NCBI RefSeq assembly: GCF_963921235.1
Contig: NC_086118.1
Location: forward strand, 14,200,001 to 14,264,000
Direction of reading: 5' to 3'
From: Mobula hypostoma
Lineage: Eukaryota
DNA length: 64,000 nucleotides
Shown: positions 39,454 to 50,792 of the stretch, piece after piece
Layout of the letters: each line of letters opens with the position of its first letter
Numbering within the stretch: the stretch's first letter is position 1
Translations under genes and position numbers: made by a program
Notes under the pieces: generated by a model
Told to the model about the DNA's origin: nothing
The model's database searches: none
The model's input: the letters and a program-made list of their open reading frames with translations, nothing else

Positions 39454-40020
39454 TGTAACATGCTGCAAGGTTTCACTGCCAATGTAATGGCTTTTCTGTA
39501 ATATTCCACTGCTGAGGTAATGGTTTCTCTGTAGCAGTAGTGTTTGGGTTATGACTAGAGATAACGGGGCATGCTAGCCAAGGAGCAAGATGTTGTTCTA
39601 TCATGTGTGTCTGAGAGCTAGGAATTCACAGTTCTTTTGCCAGGGAGAGATGAGGAGAGAAGACGCGAATGGGGAGAGTTGGTAGACCTCCAACAGAGTG
39701 GACTTGGAGCGAGGTTCTGAAGGTCAGCAATGATTGGAGGAGGTTGACGGTGGACAAACAGCCTTATCAGTGAGCTCCAATGTTTGTGCATTAGACTGTT
39801 TCATGAGAATTGCCCTTTTTCTTTTTTTGTTTCCTTTACCAACCACATAGTCAAATAAAGAATTATAAAGCTTAATCATTTAATCACATATTGTGTACTG
39901 TTTGTTATTTCGTGGTACTGATTTGTAACGGGGACACATCATGCAGCATCCACCCAAATAAGATTTCTTAAGTTTGGCCGGGCTGGGCGGCGGGGGCTAT
40001 CATCTGAAGCGAGAGTTACG
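39454..40020 (+). mobile_element. Putative solo LTR (Gypsy-type)
   Basis: 567 bp bounded by TGTAAC...GTTACG, flanked by TATA/TATG (4-bp TSD with 1 mismatch), with an internal AATAAA at ~39854. Confidence 0.62.
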
Positions 40021-40249
40021 TATGAAAGTGTTAGAGTGGTCTCTGTTGGTTGGGGTGAGAACAATAGTCCGTCTATCAAGTGGAGGAAATTGGTGTTTCC
40101 ATATTGTAAGTTTGGGAGGCATAAATTCAACATAAAATAACTTCAGAGAGAACAAAGCAAATTGAGAGAGGGGCTTGGAGATGCAACCAAAGAGCAAGAG
40201 CATGAACACTGGATTGGATTGGTTTATTATTGTCACCTGTATGACACTG

Positions 40250-41376
40250 ATGACACTGGGCCTGAACACCTCCCTCTGCAATTGGATCCTAGACTTCCCG
40301 ACTGGGAGACCTCAGTCAGTCCGGATTGAAAGCAGCATCTCCAACACCATCACACTGAGCACCAGGGCCCCCCAGGGTTGTGTGCTCAGTGCACTGCTCT
40401 TCACTCTGCTAACCCACGACTGTGCTGCAACACACAGCTCAAATCACATCATCAAGTTCGCCGATGACACGACCGTGATGGGTCTCATCAACAAGAACGA
40501 TGAGTCAGCATACAGAGAGGAGGTGCAGCGGCAAACGGACTGGGGCAGTGCCAACAACCTGTCTCTGAATGTCAACAAAAGAGATGGTTGTTGACTTCAG
40601 GAGGACACGGAGCAACCACCCTCCGCTGAACTTCGACGACTCCTCCGTAGAGATCGTTATGAGCACCAGATTTCTTGGTGTTCATCTGGCGGAGAACCTC
40701 ACCTGGACCCTCAACCCCAGCTGCATAGCAAAGAAGGCCCAGCAGCGTCTCTACTTTCTGCGAAGGCTGAGAAAAGTCCATCTCCCACCCCCCATCCTCA
40801 CCACATTTTACAGAGGTTGTATTGAGAGCATCCTGAGCAGCTGCATCACTGCCTGGTTCGGAAATTGCACCATCTCAGATCACAAGACCCTGTAACGGAT
40901 ATTGAGGTCAGCTGAGAAGATCATCGGTGTCTCTCTTCCCGTCATTAGAGACATTTACTCTACACGCTGCATCCGTAAAGCAAACAGCATTATGAAGGAC
41001 CCCACACACCCCTCATACAAACTCCTCTCCCTCCTGCCATCTGGCAAAAGGCACTGAAGCATTCAGGCTCTCACGACCAGACTATGCAACAGTTTCTTCC
41101 CCCAAGCCATCAGACTCCTCAATACCCAGAGCCTGGACTGACACCAACCTACTGCCCTCTACTGTGCCTATTATCTTGTTTATTATTTATTATAATGCCT
41201 GCACTGTTTTGTGCACTTTATGCTGTCCTGGGTAGGTCTGTAGGCTCGTGTAGTTTTTGTGTTGTTTCATGTAGCACCATGGTCCTGAAAAACATTGTCT
41301 CATTTTTACAGTGTACTGTACCAGCAGTTATGGTCAAAATGACAATAAAAGGTGACTTGACTTGACTTGACTTGAC
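40250..41376 (+). mobile_element. Rex1/Babar-type LINE, RT C-terminal region
   Basis: [41 protein letters not shown]; (GACTT)n tail at 41353-41376. Confidence 0.88.
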
Positions 41377-42209
41377 TCTACCAAGATATGATGAAAAACT
41401 TTTGTTTCACATGCCATCTAGACAGATCATTCCTTACTCAAGTATATCAAGATGACAAAACAGAATACAGAATTTGTTGCAGTTACCGATAAAGTGCGGT
41501 GCTGGTAGACAAGTAGGTTGCAATGACACCAGTGAGGTAGATCAGGAGATTAACCTCATCTTTAAACATGCAAGGGATCCATTCAGGAGTTTGATATCAG
41601 CAGGATAGAAGATGCCCTTGAGCCCAACGCTGTTTGGTCTCCAGCTTTTGTATCTTCTCCTGACGGGAAGAGGAAGAAGAGAGTATGACTGATTTGGGAG
41701 GGGTCCTTGATCATTTAAGGTGATTTCCTGAGGCCACTGGAAGTGTAGGCAGAGTCAATGGAAGGAAGGCTGGTTTGCATCATGAACTCAACATAAGGTC
41801 AAACTTCTGCAGTTTAGTGGTACAGTACATCAGAACCACTGCCCACTTCCTGGTGTTATCCAACTTAGCCCCTTCAAACTCATGGAACAAAAATCCAATA
41901 CTGTAAGATGATCAAATATTATTTGATCAGACCAACAGGGAAGTGAATGGACATTGAACCCATGAAAACTACCTCACTACTTTTTATTTATTTAGTTTGC
42001 ACGACTTAGTTGCCTATTTATTAACAATATACTGTATTTACTGTAATTCTCGGTTTTTCTCTATTATTATCATTATGTAATGCATTGCACTTCCCCCACA
42101 AAGTTAACAAATTTCACAACATATACCGGTGATACTAAACCTGATTCTGATTCTGAAGTGTCAGGACTTGAGTAGAGATCCCTTGGCTAGCTCACCCTTC
42201 ACATGTTAA

Positions 42210-42505
42210 GGGGCACAGTGGTGCAGCTAGTACAGACACTGTTTGGTGTATTAGACTAGACACCTGGATTCCAGCTCGACCTTCAAAGCAGCTTCTATGG
42301 AGTTTGCATATTTTCCCTGTGGTTATGTGAATTTCTCCTCATCCCAGAAACATGCAGGTTGGTAAATTAGTTTAAATTGCATTAGTGTGTAGGCGAGTGG
42401 TAGAACCTGGGACTGGGGGTGATCCTGAGAATGTGGGAAGATTAAAAAAGGGATCTGATGGATGGTGAGACAAAGAGCTTGTTTTCGTGCTGTGTCTATG
42501 ATCTA
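42210..42505 (+). mobile_element. Degenerate V-SINE upstream of PTS
   Basis: gggcacagtggtgcagctagt head and tggagtttgcatattttccctgtg core. Confidence 0.6.
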
Positions 42506-42609
42506 TATTTAGATATGATGCAGAGCTGTACCCCCAAAACCTCCGAATGTGTTTTGATTGTTTCAGTGTCTGCAGCTTGTTTTATCTTTATCTACACTTT
42601 CCACATTTT

Positions 42610-43400
42610 CTCCGGGCTCGGGGACAGCGAGACTTGCGTTCACAACTTCCTGGCAAAAAAAAGTGACGTTCCGTATCGAGCTGTAAATATTTCGACAGAA
42701 CGTGGGGATTTTGCCCAGAAGATCACTGTAACGTTGCCTCGTATTATCGTGCGTAATTGGCGAGAGCGTATGATTTACAACGTGCAGGTGTCAGCCAACT
42801 GAGACACAAGATTACAGCTGTTGAGATGGAGGTGGCAAATGCGGAAAACGGAGCAAGAGCTCGCAGAGTGGTGCGGGTCACAAGAGTGGAGTCTTTCTGT
42901 GCAGCTCATCGCCTCCACAGGTAATTGAACAAACACGTCGGCTGCAGTTTCAGAATGTGTAATTCAAGGCAGAACAATGTATCTGCAATATCGGAGGACA
43001 TCGGTATAAAGAAAAGTATATGTTTCCCTCTTCTGCCTGCGGTTAAATCATTTGTAGTTTTTTTGTTGATCTCGGAGCAGACGGGAAGGAGTGATCCAAA
43101 ACTACAAATCCCAGAACCGAGGGGAAGTCTCTCCGGTACGGGGACGTGACGTTGTTTCCTTCCGTTGTACGAATAACCGAAACCGCGGCCTTCATTTCAC
43201 TGTGGTAAAGTTAAGGTTCAGAGACTCGCCGTGATTGTTCAGACGGCACTTGCAAATTGCAGAATAAATCCACGCCCAGGACGTTAACAAAACCAAAAAA
43301 AAAACTGCTAGAAACTCTCGGTAGGTCAGGCAGCAAAAGCAGACCAGAGTTCATGTTTCGAGCGAAGATCCCTCGTCAGCCCCAAGTTACCATTTTTAAT
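42610..43400 (+). promoter_or_regulatory. CpG-enriched promoter and first-exon region of PTS
   Basis: Visibly higher CpG density in non-repeat sequence around exon 1; TGACGT (CRE-like) motifs at ~42664 and ~43147. Confidence 0.6.
42826..42920 (+). CDS. PTS: 6-pyruvoyl-tetrahydropterin synthase exon 1: MEVANAENGARARRVVRVTRVESFCAAHRLH(S)
   Basis: gagATGG start context, SF.A.HRL motif with a Zn-ligand His, donor AG|GTaatt (phase 2). Confidence 0.92.
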
Positions 43401-43869
43401 TTCAGATTTCAAACAGCTACAGGGTTTTTTTTTGGAGTTTCATCGACTCTGAACCTCCGAATGATGTTTGGCCCTAAATAGCCGACTGTTGAGATTATTT
43501 AATTTCATAGATGACATATAAAATTGCCTTAGAACCGAATATATTGTTTTTTTAAATAATTACACATTTGACTACATTAACAGGGCAGATTGTTTTTAAT
43601 GCATTGTTATTGTATGCACTTCGATATTTTAAACTTTTTTTTTCTCTTGCTTTCCTTAAATTGATTCACTGCCGGTTAACTTTTCCAGTAGGGAGAGAAA
43701 ACATTGGCATGGATAAACAGGCTGACCATTCGCCCATTGATGAGGAAAATTTAACACATCCTTCATCAAAATCACATGATATGTGAATTCATCTTTTGGG
43801 CAGCACCGCTTCTGACTGATGCTAAACAATTCACATGGATTTCCCATTTGGGAGGGAATTGACTGCTTC

Positions 43870-44790
43870 TGGAGAAGGTTCAAACTAAATTGGCAGCATG
43901 GATTGACAAAAAACATGTCCGTAATCTTCATCAGCACTGGTGACCACAGGGATGTGGACTTAGCCCCTTGCTCTACTTGCTTTACACCTATGACTGTGGC
44001 TAAGTACAGCTCCAACACCATATACAAGTTTGCTGATGACACCACTGTTGTGGGCTGTATCAAACAGGATGATGAATCAGTATACAGGAGGGAGGATGAA
44101 AATTTGGCTGAGTGGTGTAATAACAACAACCTCTCACTCAGTGTCTGTCAGACCAAGGAACTGATTGTAGACTTGAGAGGGAAACCCGAGGTCCATGAGC
44201 TAGTACTCAGGTGGCAAGAGGGTCAGTAATTTTAAATTCCAGGGTGTCACTATCTCAGGGAACCTGTCCTGGACCCATTATATAAATGTAGTTGCAAAGA
44301 AAGCTTGACAGTGCCTCTACTTCCTCAGGAGTTTGCTGAGATGCGGCATGTCATCAAAAACCTTGGCAAACTTCTATAGATGTGTGGTGGAAAGTGTGCC
44401 GACTGGTTGCAGTATGGCCTGGTATGGGAACACCAATGCCTCTGAGCAGAAAATCCTATAAAAGGTAGTGGATTTGGCCCAGTACATCGTGGGTAAAACC
44501 CTCCCAACCATTGAGCACATCTACATGAAACTTTGCCGTAGAAAAGCAGCATCCATCGTCAAAGATCCCCACTAACCAAGCCATGCATTTTTCTCACTGC
44601 TGCCATCAGGTAGAAGGTACAGATGCCTCAGTACTCGCACCACCATGTTCAAGAACAGTTACAGTATTACCCCCTCAACCATCAGCCTCTTGAACAAAAG
44701 GGGATGACTACACTCATTCTGTTTCTGGTGTTTTCACAACCAAAGTGATGGTCTCACTTTGAGGAATCTTGATCTTGTTATTTCATACTC
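43870..44790 (+). mobile_element. Rex1/Babar-type LINE fragment in PTS intron 1
   Basis: [19 protein letters not shown]...TKELIVD. Confidence 0.82.
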
Positions 44791-44797
44791 GTTATTA

Positions 44798-46460
44798 GAC
44801 CAGAATTAAGCCACTTAGCCCATCGAGTCGGCTCCGCCATTCCATCATGGCTGATCCCGGATTCCACTCAATCCCATGTACCTGCCCTCTGGCCATATCC
44901 TTTCCTGCCCTGGCCTGTCAGAAAACTATCAAATTCCATTTTAAATATACCAACGGACTTGGCCTCCAGCACAGTCTGTGTTAGAGCATTCCACAGATTC
45001 AACATCCTCTGGCTAAAAAAATTTCACCTTATGGTCTTAACTTGTGGGTTGAGTTGGTGGTGAGGAAGGCAAATGCAATGTTAGCATTCATTTCAAGAGG
45101 TCTAGAATATAAGAGCAGGGATGTGATGTTGAGGCTTTATAAGGTACTGCTGAGGCCTCACCTTGAGTATTGTGAACAGTTTTGGGCTCCTTATCTGAGA
45201 AAAGATGTGCTCACATTGGAGAGGGTACAGTGCAGGTTCACAAGGATGATTCTGGGAATGAAAGGGTTATCATATGAGGAATGTTTGATGGCTTTGGGCC
45301 TGTACTCCCTGGAATTTAGAAGGATGAGGGAGGAGATCTCATTGAAACCTTTTGAATGTTGAAAGCCCTAGACAGAGATATTGGAAGGATGTTTCCCATG
45401 GTGGGAGAGTCTGGGACAAGGGGGCACAGCCTCAGGATAGAGGAGCATCTATTTGAAACAGAGATGCAGAGAAATTTCTTTAGCCAGAGGGTGGTGAATT
45501 AGTGGAATTTGTTACCACAGGCAACTGTGCAGGCCAGGTGCTTGGGTGTATTTAAAGTTGAGATTGATTGGCCATGCCATTAAAGGTTATGGGGAGAAGG
45601 GCAAGGAGTGAGGCTGAGAAGAGTAAAAAAGGATCAGGCATGGTTGAATGGCAGAGCAGACTTGACGGGCCAAATGTCCTAATTCTGCTCCTATGTCTTA
45701 TGGCCTTATGGTCCTTACCTCTGTTGTAAAAGGTCGCCCCTCAGTTCTGAGGCTGTGCCTTCTAAGTCTGAGTACCCCCACCATAGGACACATCCTCTCC
45801 ACATCCACCCTATCTTGTCCTTTCAACATTCAGTAGGCTTCAATGAGATCCCCCTCCACATTCTTCTAAATTACAGTGAGTACAGGCCTGAAGCTGCCAA
45901 GCACTCCTCATATGTTAACTTCTTCATTCCCAGAATCGTCCTCTTGAAACTCCTTTGGACTCTCTCCAGTGACAACACATCCTATCTGAGATATGGGGCC
46001 CAAGTATGGACTGACTAGTGTCTTATAATGCCTCAGCATTATCTTCTTGCTTTTAAATTCTCTTCCCCTTGAAATAAATGCCAGCATTCCATTTGTTCTG
46101 AACCTTACAGACTGAACCTGTAAATTAACCTTCTGGCAGTCTTGCACGAGGACTCCTTAGTCCCTCTGCACCTCTGATGTTTGAATTTCTCCCCATTTAG
46201 ATAATAGTCTGCACCATTGTTCCTTTTACCAAAATGCATTATCATGCATTTCCCAACACTGTATTCCATCTGCCACTTTTTTGCCCATTCTCCCAATTTG
46301 TCTAAGTTCTGCTGCGATCACATTGCTTCCTCAGCACTACCTACCCCACCACCAGTCTTCGTATCATCCGCAAACTTTGCCACATAGCCATCAGTTCCAT
46401 TATCTCATCATTGACAAATAATGTGAAAAATAGTGGTCCCAATACTGAACCCTGAGCAAC
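44798..46460. mobile_element. Minus-strand CR1 interrupted by a plus-strand CR1 (about 45030-45712)
   Basis: The host sequence resumes colinearly after the insert's (TATGGYCT)n tail, and CCTTA is present at both junctions. Confidence 0.85.
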
Positions 46461-46528
46461 ATCTGTAATGTATCGAATGACTATTTTTCAAAAAAAGATA
46501 TGCTTGCCATTTTCAACTTGTTTTCCAG

Positions 46529-46608
46529 TAATTCCTTGAGTGCTGAAGAGAACAAGAGAATTTTTGGACAATGCAACAATCCAAATGGTCATGGTCATAA
46601 CTACAAAG
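46529..46608 (+). CDS. PTS: PTS exon 2: [26 protein letters not shown]
   Basis: ttttccAG | 80 nt | GTcagt; contains the catalytic Cys and the HGH Zn ligands. Confidence 0.97.
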
Positions 46609-48481
46609 GTCAGTACGTGATGAATGGCTTGTTGGTGTAAGCATATAGTTCAAGAAGCATATGATTAACAATTGACTGAATCCAGATATGGCATAGGATC
46701 TGTAGCTGGTAAACTCCTTCAAAAGAGTTTGATTATTGTTCTCAGAAGAGCTGTAGTGCTCCTCTGTGGATCGGAGACAGATGTGTGAGCTTCAGGAGCC
46801 ACTGAAGCACAGAGGGGTGGATAGACTCGACTATGGAGTCAATTATATAGCTAATTTGGGTTGTATTTTTTTGTTTCACCGTTAGTGTGTTAGTGTCCAG
46901 CTTGTGATGATCCTGGGCTAAAAGGAGCTGAATGGCAACTATTTCCAGGTCCCTTTGCATCATTTCGGAGATTCAGACAGGTGGGAGACCCAAATGATGG
47001 AATCAGGAGAAACTCAGCCAGTGAGCAGCATCTGTGGGAGGAAAGGCAAGGTAATCTTTCAGGTTGAAACACTGCATCAGGACTTGTGGAGGGTTTCAAC
47101 CTGAAATTCCTTTCCTCCCACAGATAATGCTTGACCTGCTGAGTTTCCCATCAGATTGTTGCTCTTCTGGTCAACCTTTGTGCCACTATGGTGGAGCATG
47201 GGTTAATTCTCTTTACAATGGAGGTTGCGGGGGAAATTAGCACTATGGTCACCTTTCAGTTCTCCTGAGGTAAACTAAACAATGGATGGAGCTCCTGTAT
47301 ATCAAATCCCAAACTCCCGATCTTGTACAGAATTGCCATCCATTCACAATTTCCCCCCCATATGACACAGGCATTACTTGCTCATCTCCCTTCTCACCCT
47401 GCCCACAAACCAGCCCTTATAGAGCTCGTATTCTATAATCCTGATGCTTCAAGCACCTTTCCAAGCCCCCAGTGGAGGCCCCCAATTCCCATTACCTAAA
47501 GCCTGGTCCTATTGCTACCTCTCCTGAACCTGCCTTGGAAACTTCCTTGCCTATCCATTCTCAGGCCTTGATTGTCAGACTATAGCAACTAGCCTGCTCT
47601 TTACTTCTCACCAAGCCATTAGGCTGGGTAAGCACACTTCCAACCACAAAGCCATACAACACTCATTGAAGTCTCAGCCTTCAAGGGCCATCTAGCAAAC
47701 CCATCTTATTGTATTAGAATTGGTATGAGAGTGATCCACTGCATCAGCATGCCTTGCAATGGAAGAATATTAACAATGTCTGTGATCCTTGATTGGAGTC
47801 AATGCAACAGTGAACTGTTTTCCAGGGAAAACACACATTGACTCCTGCCTGCAGCAGATAAAAACTGTTACAAAACAGCTTCAGTTGGGTAGGTCACCAA
47901 ATCTGCTTAGTGTTACTGCACATGGCCTTTGCTCTTGATCAATAATTTATCAACCCAACTTTCTGGAGATCCCTTCCCTCGGACAAGCTTCACTGTTGGA
48001 GGAGTATCATTGGCATATTGTTTCCTTGTGTTGCTCAATAGCATTTGAGAAGGTGTGGTGCTGGGGAGGGAACCAAGCAGTTAGTAAGCAAAAACTGAGG
48101 TGAGTAGATTGGCTAAAGTCGAGTAATCAAGAATGCTGAAATCCATGCAAAACATTTTTTTCTTCCATGCTGTCTACTGGCTCCAGTGAGATCAAGTTCT
48201 GGCGCTTTTCAGAACTACATCTGCACATCTGTGCCATGGTGCAGTGGACTGTGCAGAATTTAATCCGACCTTTATTTTGTGTATTTATTGACCCTCAACT
48301 AATTCTCAACCTTTTACTAAAGGTGTTGTGCTTGTTCCTAAGTTGAAATTCTATATTTTAGAAAAATCTGAAAACATATTCTACAAAGTAGATTTTATCT
48401 TTTGAGTGGTTTTCTAGTTTCATTTCAGCAGTTCAATTTCTGGTCTGAACGTTCTAACTCAATATAATTTGTGTTTTACAG

Positions 48482-48504
48482 TGGAAGTTACTGTATGTGG
48501 TGAG
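48482..48504 (+). CDS. PTS: PTS exon 3, 23-nt micro-exon (VEVTVCGE)
   Basis: gtgttttacAG | 23 nt | GTgagt; restores the frame and matches the size of human exon 3. Confidence 0.93.
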
Positions 48505-49930
48505 GTGAGTCGTGAAATTGCTGGAAACTGTTAAAATGATGCAAGAACTACATAGAGTCATAAAGTTATACAGCACAGAAACAGGCCCTTCAGCCCAACT
48601 CATCCATGCTGCCCAAGTTATCTACCTGCACTAGTCCCATGAGCCCACATTTGCTCTATATCAGTCTAAACTTTTCCTATCTATATAGCTGTCCTAGATC
48701 CTAAATGCCTTTAAAATATTGCAGTTGTACTCACCTCCTTATAGTTTTTACAACTTTTTTGTGACGAAAAGGAATGTGACTATCTGACTTACCTGTGCCC
48801 CGATGATCTTATCAACCTCGACAAGGTAATCATTTAGCCTTTCACACTCCAGGGATAAAAAGCCATAGCCCATTAAGTTTCTCCTGTTAATTCTTAGCTG
48901 CATATTTCCCACATAGCATTAGGTCTTGGCATTATTTTTATAACATTAGATGCACCTTTTCAATGGTCTTGAGTCACACAACCTGTCAAGAGTTCAGTAA
49001 CTTACACTAAAGAGACTGTTATTGCTTTAGAGAAAAGTAAGAAATGTAAAGGCTGCCTGTTAATTATTCTTTAGTACAAAAATACTCCAGAAATTGACTC
49101 AGTGTCTGAAAGCCTTTGACCTGTTGGATACCAATTAGGACAAAAAAACAGCCATTTATTAGCTACTCCTAAACTAGACATGTTTCAACTGAATTATTTT
49201 AATATATACCTTTAGAATCAGAATTAGTGTTTCAGGTTGGAGGCCTTTGTCAGCTGGTAGAAGACATATTAGAGGCACATCAGTGAAGAGTCAACATTAC
49301 TGGAAATGGCTAACCTAAGTTAACATTCCTTCTGTATTGTCTAGGAGTCTGGAATTAAATTAAACTCTCAACCATATCTACAAGCAACATGAGACACAGG
49401 TCTGCTTATAAGTACAAACATGGAAGAAGTGCACAATCAGGTTGTGGAATGAACTATCCAGCTGAATGAATTTGAGGGCAGTGATGTCGTGGTAAAGCTG
49501 TACTCTTTGAGAAGCTGATCTCTCTCGTCCCCTGGGCTGAGGCATGAGGTAGAGAAGGGGAAGGCAGCCCTTACATTGAGCGAGGCTTGATCACAGCAAT
49601 GAAACTTGTGTCTAATCCAAACTGAAAATTGTGTCAGGAGTTCATCTTGGCTGGTGCTGGTTGTTGAGGAATCATCAGTTATCAGAAACTAAGATATCCA
49701 GGAATAAATGAGTCAGCTGGATATTGTGAGAAATGGAAAATGGCAAAAGTAAATACATTTTTGAGTTTTGCTAAGGAGACAGACTTGAAACATTAACTTC
49801 ACTTCTTTTTCCACTGTTGCTAGCTGACTTGTTGAGCCTTAACAGCATTTCCTTTATTTTTTTTTAGATTTACAGTATCAGAAGTTTCTGTTTTGATTTT
49901 CACCGAAGTTAGCATTTCTGGTTGAATGTA

Positions 49931-50351
49931 CGAGGGGTGATTGATAAGTTCGTGGCCTAAGGTAGAAGGAGTCAATTTTAGAAAACCCAGCACATTTATT
50001 TTTCAACATAGTCCCCTCCTACATTTACACACTTAGTCCAGTGGTTGTGAAGCATACGGATCCCTTCTTTGTAGAAGTCAGCATCTTGGACCTCTAGAAA
50101 GTGGTCCACAGCAGGGGTGATTGATAAGTTCATGGCCTAAGGTAGAAGGAGATAAGTTATTAACTTCAAACTTTCTGCATAATCACTCAAAGAGTTGAAC
50201 TGCATGTGCATATAACGAGAGCTGTATAACTCTTCTCCTTCTGGACTAAGTGTGTAAATGTAGGAGGGGACTATGTTGAAAAATAAATGTGCTAGGTTTT
50301 CTAAAATTCACTCCTTCTACCTTAGGCCACGAACTTATCAATAACCCCTCG
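49931..50351. mobile_element. Mariner-type MITE with 111-bp TIRs and TA TSD
   Basis: TA|CGAGGGGTGATTGATAAGTTCGTGGCC...GGCCACGAACTTATCAATAACCCCTCG|TA; arms at 49931-50041 and 50241-50351. Confidence 0.92.
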
Positions 50352-50449
50352 TATTTCATGGGTCATCATACTGGCTCCATTCAGACTTTCTATTGTTCAT
50401 TAGGGAAACTGGGGAATTTAACTTCAAATTATTTCATGACTTGTTTCAG

Positions 50450-50506
50450 GTCAATCCTATCACTGGTATGGTGATTAATATCACAGAACTGAAGGAACAC
50501 TTGCAG
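50450..50506 (+). CDS. PTS: PTS exon 4: VNPITGMVINITELKEHLQ
   Basis: ttgtttcAG | 57 nt | GTgagt. Confidence 0.96.
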
Positions 50507-50721
50507 GTGAGTAAACTGAGGAAGAATTTTTATTGAGTGAGTGGGTGGGTGATTCACTCTGCCCTGTTATGTTGTTGAGTGGCCAGGATGAATGACCATG
50601 TTAGTAAATAGTACCTAAGTTAATGAATTACCCTGGTATGGCTGCTGTGTCTAAACCTTTTAGGAAAACAATATTTGTTCCAATACTGATATCAAATCCT
50701 TGTCTGATTTTTCTTTAAAAG

Positions 50722-50792
50722 GAAGTCATTATAAAGCAGCTTGACCACAAAAACTTGGACAAAGATGTTCCATACTTTGCTAATGTTGTTAG
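50722..50792 (+). CDS. PTS: PTS exon 5: EVIIKQLDHKNLDKDVPYFANVV(S)
   Basis: tttctttaaaAG | 71 nt | GTaggt; contains the LDHKNLD catalytic Asp-His motif. Confidence 0.96.

Noticed and set aside
42458..42802. 114-aa ORF upstream of PTS
   Set aside because: It begins in a SINE tail and crosses the promoter region; no homology is recognisable.
47700..47860. Possible Harbinger transposase remnant (VCD...FPG..HDS-like)
   Set aside because: It requires several frameshifts and cannot be supported without a profile search.
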